NCBI RefSeq assembly: GCF_001194135.2
Contig: NC_068981.1
Span: 16,455,304-16,519,303 of the forward strand
Source: Octopus bimaculoides
Taxonomy: Eukaryota
Length of the DNA: 64,000 nucleotides
Direction: 5' to 3'
In this document: in pieces, positions 41,434-54,388 of the stretch
Layout: each line of letters begins with the position of its first letter
Numbering within the stretch: the first letter of the stretch is position 1
Position numbers and translations under genes: made by a program
The notes under the pieces: model-generated
Told to the model about the DNA's origin: nothing
The model's input: the letters and a program-made list of their open reading frames with translations, nothing else
The model's database searches: none

Positions 41434-41723
41434 TTATGATTTTTANNNNNNNNNNNNNNNNNNNNNNNNNNNNNNNNNNNNNNNNNNNNNNNNNNNNNNN
41501 NNNNNNNNNNNNNNNNNNNNNNNNNNNNNNNNNNNNNNNNNNNNNNNNNNNNNNNNNNNNNNNNNNNNNNNNNNNNNNNNNNNNNNNNNNNNNNNNNNNN
41601 NNNNNNNNNNNNNNNNNNNNNNNNNNNNNNNNNNNNNNNNNNNNNNNNNNNNNNNNNNNNNNNNNNNNNNNNNNNNNNNNNNNNNNNNNNNNNNNNNNNN
41701 NNNNNNNNNNNNNNNNNNNNNNN

Positions 41724-41794
<71 letters not shown>

Positions 41795-42889
41795 ATGTAT
41801 ATTTGTGCGTGTGTGTATTAATGTATCAGTCGTGATGTAATTGTATTTAGTGGATGTCCTGGTGGGGATGTTTTACTAATAATCTTCATGTTGGAATCTA
41901 TTAATACATTCACCACCAATTTGTTTAACAATATTTCTACAACGGTAGTTATTCCTCCTAACGTGTGGTAAAGTGTATACTAGAATTCTTAATGAAATAA
42001 GCCAACACATATTTAATTAATTAAAGTTACGCAGTGATGAGAAAATTAATTTGCGAAATGACTAATTATGAATGATATTTTATATTGTTTTAACAACGTC
42101 ATGCCATATAGCAAGATGATATCTTAATTATATTCCAATGCAGCTGCTTTTAACATCTGTCGTCCATATATATTTGACATGTTTATATGGAGAAATGTAA
42201 CGATATAGTGATGTGTAAATATGCTACATTCTGATATACATAGCACCAATAGAAATATATATATATACTATCATATATATTTAAAATACCTAAAATTACC
42301 ACTGTTGTCATAGTAGCAAGCCAAAGGCAACGTTTTGTCACAATTTAACTCTAGGAACTTGTCTCATTTCTCTTTTGGATTGTGATGGAACTATTTCAAT
42401 ATTTAATAATATCAATCTATTCACACGGAATTATAATTTTATTTGATCAATTATTGATGAAGGCGTCACTTAATTACTTATTTATTTAATATTTTATAAT
42501 TAATGAAATTTTCACTTTGCTAAGATAGATGTTTCCATCAGAATCATTTGAAAGAATATTTATGCAATACTTGTCCCAATTCTAATTAAGTTCAGATTGA
42601 ATAAGTATTGCATCTTGTCAGAAGGTTTGCGGAGTTATTCCGTCCATCTCTGGTGCTGTTGGTCAACGCATAACAGGCTTTTCTGTCCATTGCTTTTATG
42701 TTGAATACTAGGCCATATCGGATGTTATATTTTAGAGAATTTCCCCATTGTAATTGACAAAAAAGACCACAAACCTACATCAGATTTATCGGCAGAAACA
42801 CCCAACAGGTAAATGAGGATCTGTGAAAGCTAAAAGGAGACGTAAATTCCTGGCGTGCAGTGGTGAAATGTATCTCAGTTTCGGTAGGT

Positions 42890-42949
42890 TGCAGCAGCAG
42901 CAGCAGCAGCAGCAACAGTAGCAATAGCAGCAGCAGCAGCAGTAGTAGC

Positions 42950-42997
<48 letters not shown>
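42890..42997. repeat. (CAG)n-(TAG)n compound microsatellite
   Basis: Direct reading. Confidence 0.95.
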
Positions 42998-45506
42998 TCC
43001 TACTATTCTTAGATTATTATCACCATTTCGTCGTCATCTCTATTTGTTGTTCATGCCTGTGACAAAGGTGGAATAATTTGAATCATCGTGAAAATATTTT
43101 TATTGAAAGTCATCATGAATGGCAGTCAAGGAATGCCGCTTGTGCATGATTCTCAATCACGATTGAACTTACTTTCCTTTCCTTTCCTTTCCTTTCATCT
43201 CCTCCCCTTTATTGCTTTCTCTACCTCTCTCTCTCTCTCTTTCTCTTTATTTTCTGTCTTCTTTCCACCCTCTTCTCTCCCTTTCAAATATGACAGAAAT
43301 CTATGTGTTGAGTTGACACCTCCTAGATTGTTAGTCTTTAATTCATTTCATCTCCAACCAAAGTACATCCCTTTAATCTTATCCACTGCAGCAATAGTTG
43401 AAGGAATTCTCAAAATAAACACGATATTAAGATATTTTTATGGCATAATCGTTGCCAAATATAATATTCTTCTGACCTCTGAGCTTCGTGGAAGCGAAGA
43501 AATTAAGTTCAGATCACAGACGTGGTCTGAAAACATGCAACAGAATGAACTCCACTAAAATCAGCAAAAGCTTCATTAGTGATGTTAAAGAGGGCAACAC
43601 GTTTAGTATACTGTCTAAAAGCAGGTACGGCTCATTCAGTGTGCTACCGTAAAGTTTCTGTATATTTACTTTAACTCATAAGATTTAATCTCCTCAAGGC
43701 TATGGGAGAGGACAGTTAACGAACTCTTTCCGAAGTTGTTACGCGATGAGATAAAACCCAGAAGCAAGTGCTTGGGAAACAATCGTTTTAAATACTTCTC
43801 AAGTTCATGAATACAATTTCCGACTCAGATTGTAGGTTACAACTGAAGAGCTCCTTTCTCTAAGAGAATTAAAGTATTCTAGTTGTGGATAAGACTTATT
43901 TTATGAATATAAAGATTACTGAACCCCTTTTAATTTAGGTATCTTGACAATAGATATATAGTAATGAGAGTCACGAGATACAATCTGTCCGCAATTATAT
44001 ATTTATTCGACCAACGGCGATTTTCATAATCAATATCCAACTTATATTTGCATCTCTACACGGAGGAGTGCATATCTCTTAATACCTTTATACATGGGTG
44101 CATAGTGATGAGCTCGGAGAAAGAAGAAGCATTGTTTTGGAGGTGATCTACTTAGTGCATGTAATATGGTGTTTAATGCAAAGCAGGCAGTGAATGTGGA
44201 AGATTTTTGCAAGTGAATACGGCTTACAAAGCCATTAGGATTAAAAGTGACGGAAAGAAAGATTGTATATAATCAGTAGTTTTCATTTTCGCAAGAAACG
44301 TAAGGAATCACACACTATGAATTTCACTGTTCAAGTTTTCACTCTGGCAATCATAAGCTATTCCTATGAAGCGTCCTTCAGACTGTCATCGTTGTCGTCG
44401 TCGTCGTCGTTGTTGTTTAGCTCTAAATAGATTCATGATCCTATGCACATTCTACTTAAAACCAGTCACTCCTTTCATTCACCCAAGAAACAAGCAAACA
44501 GATATCTTTGTAGACATGTCCCTTCACAATCGCCATGTATTTCAGTCTTCACAGCCACGATTCTTCAGGAAGTTCACTCAATACTTCACTGCATTAGTTC
44601 TGGCAAAAATATTCTACAACGCTTGGAGAAATCACAACCCTACAAACTAAACGGTTTTTAACCCTCAGTGTAACTCTTACGAGATAATTATCCGAACCGC
44701 AAAACATGCTACTGTACACCGCGCAGCCTCCAAGCGCTCCTGTCCCTCAGTTTGCATATCTAAGACATTAGCTTATGCCCTCTTCTTCTCAAAGTATTAA
44801 AGTCTATATTAGCTTCTATTTCTAGTTCATTAACCAACTACGTTAAGGCGCCCGCCTTAGTTTTCTTTTTAGATGGTAAAACTGCATTGTAGAAAGTGAA
44901 ATGTTAAAGAATTATCGATATGGAGAAATATCTGACACTGGTGTTACCGAGAATAATTCCAAACAGTCTTAGCGAATGAACAAATATTTACCAAATTGAT
45001 TGTATGATAGCTTTGATAGGTGTTTCCATAAACTTGGTAGGTGTTACCTTCTGGTGTAAAAAATGCGTAGCGTAATTCTATAAACAAACACAGCCTTGCA
45101 GATAAGATTTCTTTTCGATCGTATGAATCCTTCCACACAAACGAATTAGTATAAAGTATCAAATACTAATTTCGTTATTTGATATCTAATACAGTTAAGT
45201 CTATAACACATCATGGAATCCATCGCAGTAGAGAAGTATAATTATCTGGTGAGTTTAACGTGGGAAGAATTGTTATATACGTCACCAACACGTACATCCG
45301 ATAATTTGATCCTTCGTAATTAAACGGTCGCAGACACTGACACCAATCCGAGTAGTGGATGACTCTCTACTCCTTCGTCGATTTAATAATCGGAAGACGT
45401 GAAAGTACAGGTCAATTTAATGAAACCTATAGTCACGATATTATATCCATTACATTATTTACATTATTTACATTTGACGGATATTTGTCCTCATTTTTTT
45501 GTTGTT

Positions 45507-45552
45507 AACACAACGTTTCGGCTGATATACCCTCCAGCCTTCGTCAGGTGTC
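45507..45552 (-). ncRNA. Minimal type I hammerhead ribozyme
   Basis: Exact reverse complement of 46294-46339. Confidence 0.75.
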
Positions 45553-46293
45553 TTGGGGAAATTTCGAACCTGGGTTCTCATTCCTAACGATGTTACTATT
45601 ATTATTATATTATTATTATTATTACTATTATTAATCAGGTCGCTGCCGTGAATCGAACTCGGAACATTGGGGTTAGTAGCCCGCGCTCTTAACCACTACG
45701 CCATATGGTTTTACCCGAAGGAGATATTTGCGAAGTGTTGTATTGCTCTTGAATACTGCCCTGATGTCATATGGGCCGNNNNNNNNNNNNNNNNNNNNNN
45801 NNNNNNNNNNNNNNNNNNNNNNNNNNNNNNNNNNNNNNNNNNNNNNNNNNNNNNNNNNNNNNNNNNNNNNNNNNNNNNNNNNNNNNNNNNNNNNNNNNNN
45901 NNNNNNNNNNNNNNNNNNNNNNNNNNNNNNNNNNNNNNNNNNNNNNNNNNNNNNNNNNNNNNNNNNNNNNNNNNNNNNNNNNNNNNNNNNNNNNNNNNNN
46001 NNNNNNNNNNNNNNNNNNNNNNNNNNNNNNNNNNNNNNNNNNNNNNNNNNNNNNNNNNNNNNNNNNNNNNNNNNNNNNNNNNNNNNNNNNNNNNNNNNNN
46101 NNNNNNNNNNNNNNNNNNNNNNNNNNNNNNNNNNNNNNNNNNNNNNNNNNNNNNNNNNNNNNNNNNNNNNNNNNNNNNNNNNNNNNNNNNNNNNNNNNNN
46201 NNNNNNNNNNNNNNNNNNNNNNNNNNNNNNNNNNNNNNNNNTAATAGTAGTAACATCGTTAGGAATGAGAACCCAGGTTCGAAATTTCCTCAA

Positions 46294-46339
46294 GACACCT
46301 GACGAAGGCTGGAGGGTATATCAGCCGAAACGTTGTGTT
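46294..46339 (+). ncRNA. Minimal type I hammerhead ribozyme
   Basis: Stem I GACAC (46294-98) / GTGTT (46335-39); CTGACGA (46299-305); extra A; stem II GGCTG (46307-11) / CAGCC (46322-26); GAAA; palindromic ACGT; predicted cleavage after T46334 (GUU). Confidence 0.75.
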
Positions 46340-47542
46340 AACAACAAAAAAGATGAGGACAAATATCCGTCAAATGTAAATAATGTAAATAATTCCTCAT
46401 CTCTTAAATATAGAACTGTATTATATCCATTGCTTATATTTACAGTTTGGTACACTGCCTCATCGAATGTTAAATGTATTTTGCTTTTAATAAGATGTTC
46501 AGCTGCTGAAAATTACCACCAGGGTTCTTTTTGCATACAGTCAAAAGCAAAGGCGCACACGTTTGATTCTTGATTAACATTTCTCTTTTGTAGTCTTGTT
46601 GCTTGTGACGTAAAGAACTTCCCTTTTATTTTCGTCTTACGTGATATGCATTTCACAACAGCCGCATTAATACCACTACCTGGCTAATGAAAGCTTTTAG
46701 CGGGGTTTTATCAGGATTTCATTTGGATTGATGCACACTTTACACTTTTCTACATGCTAAGCACTATAATTATATTCGCTAGATCATTTCTTCTCTTTTC
46801 GATCATCCAATCTGAAATTCTCTCCTGACACCGGTTTTTACAGCTTCCGACTTCTTTCACTTCAAAATGAATGTTAACATCACTAATCTCACCGGATTTA
46901 TGTTCCCGTGTTTTAATCTGTTCGATGTCCGTAACATTCTCAACATTTTTCTTGTTTTGTTTTTTTTCTTCTAACAGAACAGCGTTAAGTGGAATGCATC
47001 CATGAACGTGGATATGAAGGCTGCAAACGTTGCTTCTAGCCATCATATTACATATTACCACGTAAAAACATGCCATTTTTGTTAAAAAGCAGCTAACGTT
47101 TATACGATAATTAGAATATCATGGATACCACCAAAGTCACAGAATACAAGAAATTTAAGAATTAAGGGCATTATTCTTACTAAAACATTTAATACTAAAT
47201 TCCATCAAGAACAGAGAAGTGCTCGACGCTAATTGGTTAACATAATACTATCAATGTGCGCATGTCATTTATCTGATCTTCATATAAATGTACATATCAA
47301 TGCTAGGCTTAATCTTTATTTTCTCATGATAAAGTCTTACGAAGCCAATATAATGAAATATAAGATAAAAATGTAAACCATTCTCTTCTTATTTTGCGCT
47401 TGTTTCCATTCCGTTATTTCTAAATTCCACTGGAATGGCCTTCTAAAACAAATTTAACTCATTCTTTACAATGTTTGATGTAAATTATGCTACTCATACA
47501 TACATACAAACAGACTTTCTCTTTCTCTCTCTCTCTCTTTCC

Positions 47543-47626
<84 letters not shown>

Positions 47627-47637
47627 TTCACACGTAC

Positions 47638-47838
47638 TTGTATATCGTTCCTCTTCAGATATTTGTTTAATGTAGCAAAAGTCGAAAACATCATCGAGAA
47701 AACCGACAAACCGGTACATTCTAACGACAATCCCTTGTGTGGTATCTGTTCTGCCCAAATAGCACAGACAGTCTCTTGATACTTTCATCATTGCAAATGC
47801 ATTGAACCAGTTATTCACCTGTTCGGAAGACGTCTGTA
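47638..47838 (-). CDS. Candidate isolated 201-nt symmetric (phase 1-1) exon, product unknown
   Basis: Acceptor tcaatag| and donor CAA|gtacgt with an open frame QTSSEQVNNWFNAFAMMKVSRDCLCYLGRTDTTQGIVVRMYRFVGFLDDVFDFCYIKQISEEERYT; no family recognised. Confidence 0.2.
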
Positions 47839-47944
47839 CTATTGATCACAAAATGTGATACAAGAATAAAATTTTTTTAAATAAGTATTTGTTTATTCAC
47901 TAAATCTCACATCATTGTCTCTGATGTTCGGTCCTATCTATGGC

Positions 47945-47993
47945 TATGATGATGATGATGATGATGATGATGATTATCGTCATTATCGTCATT

Positions 47994-48046
<53 letters not shown>

Positions 48047-48050
48047 TATT
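47945..48050. repeat. (GAT)n-(CAT)n compound microsatellite
   Basis: Direct reading. Confidence 0.95.
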
Positions 48051-48632
48051 GTTATCAACATCACCGTAGTTAATGACAGTGCTGTAGAGAAATCCACTTT
48101 AACAACATTATATTCTTCACCGCTGAACTATATGTTTAATCAAATATTAAACATCAAAGAATGGAAGTATTGTAGAAAAATTTGAAAAACCACTCTAAAA
48201 TACCTTGCAGTCCTTCGTCACGTCTGTAACATACTGAGTGAAAATTCCAGCCAGGTCATCTTTCAGTGTCATTCTCCGATGTCAATAAGTGTCATTTAAG
48301 TAATGCACTCGATTAAATTGTCTGCAGCCCTTACTCTATTATCTGTGAGTTTGTGCCAGTGTTAGAAATATTCATTTTTATATCAAAGGTCATATGAATG
48401 AAGTATCTTTTTATGTTTAAGGAATCATGAAGGTTGGCTATAGGGGCTTAAACCTGCAAATGTATTTCATTTCATATATCACACGTAAGTAAATGGAGTG
48501 ATATTTTCCGCAGATGATTTAGTTTATGGGCGTCATCTTTTAAAATCTTTTGTTTAATAATTTAAAATATGATTTTAACTCGAATATTTTTTCAACTGAC
48601 AAGAATAATAATCATAATGGGGAGCATTGGTC

Positions 48633-49328
48633 TCTCTTCAGTTTGGCTCAAAGATTTTTTTATTATCTTTTTTAACTAAACAATTTGAAACTTCCTTTAC
48701 TGGTGTAATGTCTCACGCTGAACACAGTTTACTTTCAACATTTTTGACAAAATTTCGTATTTTAGAAGTTATTTCATGTTAAACTTGTCGTATTTGGGTA
48801 ATTTTAACCCAATCAATGACGTGTATTCAGCTGAAGAAACCTACTGCTGTTTGTGATAGTAATCGAAGAGCAACAACTTCCAAATCATCTCTACTGAATG
48901 TATTTTTCAACCACGTATGAATAATTCGGTATGTTCTTTAGCTTGGCTGTGTTTTTTGGCTTACGTGTGGATATTTTTACTTACTATTTGTGATAAATTT
49001 CACCACTTTGTTCTATTTTATTTTTGTTTACTGCCTGTGTTGCATATTACACGTTTTGTTTTTGTTGTTTTTTTAACCAGAAGTTGTTGCTCTTCGATCA
49101 CTATCGCAAACAGCAGTGGGTTTCTTCAGCTGAATGCACGTCGTTGATTGGTTAATATTACCCAAATACGACAAATTTAACACGAAATAACTTCCAAAAT
49201 ACAAAATTTTGTCTAAAAATGTTGAAAGTAAACCGTGTTCAGCTTGTGAAATTACACTAGTATACGACGTTTCAAACAGTTTAGTTAAAAAAAGATAATT
49301 AAAAAATCTGTGAGCCAAACTGAAGAGA
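48633..49328. mobile_element. About 700-bp fold-back element with about 250-bp inverted arms (non-autonomous DNA transposon, superfamily unknown)
   Basis: 48633-48880 aligns with the reverse complement of 49080-49328 at roughly 90% identity by eye; 199-bp spacer. Confidence 0.8.
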
Positions 49329-49644
49329 TCCGAACATATTATTTTGCATTGGCGAAAGAATAAATAAGGAAGACAAGAATATTATTTATAATAAATGTGG
49401 TGACAATGATGAGGGAGATGACGACGATGGCGTTGATCATTATCAACGCCATCGTCGTTGTCATCATGCCGGCGAGGAGGAGGGATAAATGATGATGATG
49501 TGGAGGAGGATGATTATAGCATTGATGCACCTTGACCCGATGATTATGTTGATGACTTCTCGTTGACTGAAGGTGAAATTGAGGTCAGTATCAAAGTGAG
49601 CAAGCCATCACTAAATTACGAACTGTAATGCAGCAACACCAGAA

Positions 49645-49661
49645 GCATCAGTAGTAGCATC

Positions 49662-49722
<61 letters not shown>

Positions 49723-49723
49723 A

Positions 49724-49779
<56 letters not shown>
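49645..49779. repeat. (CAT/CAG)-(TAG)n microsatellite
   Basis: Direct reading. Confidence 0.95.
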
Positions 49780-50455
49780 AGTACCTTCCTACCAACAAGC
49801 CCACAGCCACTGGATATTTGAAGAAAGTAAAATAACAAAATAGCAAAATGAGATCTTTTACAATGCGAAAAAGACAAAAATAATGGTTATTAAACCCTTA
49901 TATACTTCCGGTACAGAGGCCAATCATCACAAGTAAACAGTTAACAAAATGTTAGTCTATACAGTATCAACCATGTATAGACATGGATGTTTCGTTGTAA
50001 GAAGTTTTATGCCTTCAGGATTGTGTTACTTTACTTTATTACAATGATTCAAGCAAGCTACAACACTCTTCTTTTCGAGTTAGAACGTTCTTCTTGATGT
50101 CATGCGTCGCCGCAATTATGACTAAGCTTGAGATAAGTCATCAAACACTAAGTTTACACATTCTGATATTGTTGCTGTTAGTGTTTAGCTGTAGGTGAGT
50201 CCTGATCGATCGTGCTTATGATGAAAGACGTTCCAATCGTCACTCTTTAGTCGGGTTTCTTATGTGCAAATAACGTAGAACCACGTTATTCAACATATCG
50301 TTTTCAAAGATGATAGAATCAGATTTCGACCTCCTTCGAACATTCGTCACACTTTCTGATGACCTCTTCTGATGATCAACATCATCAACATTACAACTCA
50401 AAACTAGAGGCTGCGACAAAAAATGTCCCATATTTTCCAGAGACATTGGTGTAAC

Positions 50456-50508
50456 GCTACCACACAGTCACTCCTGCACCTAGCTACTTACCACACAGCC
50501 ACTTCTGC
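50456..50508 (-). mobile_element. Two tandem fragments of the SINE A 5' end
   Basis: CCACACAGTCACTCCTGCACCT followed by AGCTACTTACCACACAGCCACTTCTGC; both match 9187-9216. Confidence 0.65.
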
Positions 50509-51486
50509 TGAATATTATGAATATTTCTAATGTAGTCAGTTGATGCAACATAAACTTAGGTTCTAACCGACCCTTAGACACATTCAAGCGTAAAATTATA
50601 TCTTTATATAATATTGAGTTATTTTCTTTCGTATAAAGTCAATTTATCAACATTAATTTGACTATTTCTTTCAGATGATAAATTTTCTAATATTTGATAA
50701 ATGTTCAGAACAAGAAATTGATTTGCGAAATTATTTGAAAAGTTATTTGTTTGTATGAAATATTTATAAAATATTGCGTGAAGATAATTTCCAACAAATA
50801 CGACTAAAATATATTTCATACAATTTAAGAACATTTTTAAATGATTTATTTTAGGACTACTAGTAAATTTTTTTGTATTTGATGAAGTAGACTTTAACTA
50901 CAGAACATTACACGTCATTTAGGTACATTGTTATTTTGATGAAAACCCATATTACAGATCTTAATATTTCAAAACTTAAATAATACTTACACGATTGTAA
51001 CGATTCATTTTGGAAAGCTAAAGCAAAAAATTGTAGTCCTAAGTTAACTAAGGTTTCAACCTCTAGTTAGTCATATAGTTATTCGATGAGGATCATTAAG
51101 TAAATATTGTTCATCTGTTCTGAACGAATGGGAAATTGTTAAGACAGCATCAATGTGTAAATAAATCTGTTCCTACATTGCTGATCTTCTCTAACTAAGA
51201 TTTTCTGTTACATGTGAACAAGAAACTAAATTAGAAACAAACTGCTATAATTACATAATTGTTCCTTCCAAAGAAACATTCGATTTTCTACATTAGGAAG
51301 GCGGTCAGTAGAACTCCAAAAGTAATTGGGAAGTATTATATATCATCATAGATGGAAGTGGAAGATAAGTAAAAGAAACGAAAAGATCCATGATTATATA
51401 ATCATGAAACAAATCACAGAAAATTACTTCATCAATGTTATATATTTTGAAATAACTACACATTGAACATGTGTACGTACGTATGT

Positions 51487-51517
<31 letters not shown>

Positions 51518-51681
51518 CACATACAAACACACCAACACATACACACACGCACATATACACACATGCACACATATTTTTTCCTGAGCATCAAACATCATCG
51601 ATGTTCCTTCACTTGTCTTCTTCTTTTGTTTTCTGTAAATTCGAACTATATATATATATACATACACACATTCGCACACAT

Positions 51682-51794
<113 letters not shown>

Positions 51795-54196
51795 CATTTA
51801 TTCTGGAATACGGGTCATAAGAAATTTTTAAAAAACACCATATGGTCTTCTTATGAATAGATTTTTTAAACGAACCAGACAATAACCATGCCTTTTACAG
51901 GACTCCTGGACTGAAAGGACTGATGCTGTCGTGGTTTATTTTGAGATTCGCTTGATTGATGTTTGTAAGAGAAATGTAGGAGGTGATGAGCAATTAAAAT
52001 AACGGTATTGCTAAGGAATAAATATGTACTGGTTGCGGAATCTTAGATTTGAAACACGTACAAATGATGCAGAGGATAAATATTAATATCATATGGATCG
52101 GACAGGCGAAAATTTTTTGCTGTTTCTGTTATTTTAATTTACAGAACATGTTAGTATTGGTGGGGAAATAATAGAAGGATTAAATTTGTCTGTACGAGAA
52201 AGAGTGAGAGAGCTAGCGAGGGAGAGGTACGGGGTAAGATAGGACCATAGAGATAGAGAGAGGAAGTGAGTGTTTTTGGTATGTTGGTGAGGTAACCATT
52301 GTTAACTAGTCATGTAGCTACAATTTGGATATAGTCTACGGTGCATAGGATGCAGTCAACCATCTTTAATGAGGTAATAAATTTTTAATACTCGAATGTC
52401 CCTTGTGCTTCTGCCATCGAGTTATGGGAAGCAACTAAAAAGTTGACCACATGTGAAGACACAGAGATTTGTTACCGTTGCTAAGTAGCTCAGGGAACTC
52501 AGTTCAAGCAGAGCTATGAGGCAGATGAAGATTATTGATCCTGTAGCAGTTGATAATAGATCAAATGGATTAACCTTGGGAACTAAATCTGGTTTTGAGA
52601 CATATAACCATTATTCCACAGTATTTGACTGTCTTGTATGTCCCCATTATACATCATATTTCGCGTGTCACTTACACTGAATATTTTACATGCTACTTAC
52701 TGCTCATATATTCTGTATCTTTAAAACTTTTAAAATTTGGCTGATCACCAGAGCTTAAATAATAATGTTCATCTTAAATTCGCATCTTATGAATCTGTAG
52801 TTAGAGGAAGTTGTACGATGATGAATAAACATTAAAATATTCTTTAGTAAATTACAGACATGTTCGTCATCGATCATGTCATTATAAATATCATGTGCGT
52901 GGTCACATGAAAGATTTCCACTCACTCTGTATTAATTACAATTATGTTCAATTCTTATAGCCTGGTCAGACTTCCTTTAGCTTTAAGCTATTTTTGTTAT
53001 CTATAGTCTTTAGAATAAAGAGGTCGGGAGGCCTGTGACAATTACACACACACTAATACACATACATACATACATGCATACATACATACATACATACATG
53101 CATGCATACATACATACGCACATATTGAAGAAGAGGGGAAGGGGCTCTAAGAAGTATTCAAACTGATGCCAGAAATGGCAAATATTTCAATTGTAGGTAT
53201 TCAAAGAACTAGAATCAATCTTTACGTACTTCGTTAGCTACGATTTTGACTGCTTATAATGGGCAGTCTTCTGATAAAAAAAAATGGTGGGAAAGAAAAG
53301 AAGAGGCGGGTTAGCGTTCAAACTGGAAAGAGAAAAGCAACATCAGCAGCACCAACAGTAACAACAGCAAATCGAAGAGAAAAAATATATTTAAAGAAAG
53401 AGAAATGAAAAATGCAAGAGGGTCAACAACAACAACAACGAGACCAAGAAAACCTTCCCCACCATCATCACTGGCTCCACCGCCAACAACGAAAACAATG
53501 ACTACATCGAGCTGAGTAGCAACAAGAAAAATCTAAAAAAGAATTCTAGGAAAGAATATAGATATTCTAGCAGGAAATGATTACACAAGCACACAATAGA
53601 AGCATCAAAATGCAACAGCGCAAATTGTCTGAAGGAATCAATTAGCTATTCTCAAACGTGGCTGAATTTCCAAAAGCCAGTTCCATATATAGATATTTGA
53701 AATGTAATTGAAACCAATTCAAAGAGCAGACGATCTTTTAAGACATCACCAGTAATAATGGTATCTACTCACAACAAATATGATATGTTATGTGCCGACA
53801 AACTAATAGAAAAATGGCAGTATATGTGTGTGTGTAGCTAGGCACGTGTATATATACTGTATGTATGCACGTATGTATGTACATTTGGATGTATGTATGT
53901 ATGTATCTATGTATGTACGTTTGTATGTATGTAGTATATATGTTTGTCTGTTTATATGTATGTATATAAATGTGTATACAAAAAAATTTATATATGTATG
54001 TATGTTTGTATGTATGTTGTGTATGTCCATATATTTCTGTCCGCATATGTATGTATCTGCAAATTTATAATTCTGTCGATATATGTACATACCATACAAC
54101 ATAAATAGAGATGTGTAAATATTGAATATCTAGTTATTTAGAATGATATAGGCATTTGTGGATACTATACTGTTTCTCCCCACGTCTGTGTGTGCG

Positions 54197-54229
<33 letters not shown>

Positions 54230-54273
54230 ATATCTGTATGTGGATATAAAAGTTTGTGGATATATAACTCTGT

Positions 54274-54349
<76 letters not shown>

Positions 54350-54354
54350 GTATG

Positions 54355-54388
<34 letters not shown>

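Larger units (their letters stand above)
45439..46431. mobile_element. Head-to-head inverted dimer of family C, bounded by a 13-bp direct repeat (TATTATATCCATT)
   Basis: Minus copy 45452-45707 and plus copy 46242-46418, with a gap at 45779-46241 between them. Direct repeats at 45439-45451 and 46419-46431. Confidence 0.8.

Noticed and set aside
46893-46970. 78-nt phase 1-1 exon on the minus strand
   Set aside because: The peptide comes largely from an A-rich low-complexity run, and splice-like sites occur on both strands here.
50356-50375. Two CTGATGA motifs
   Set aside because: No stem II-GAAA follows.
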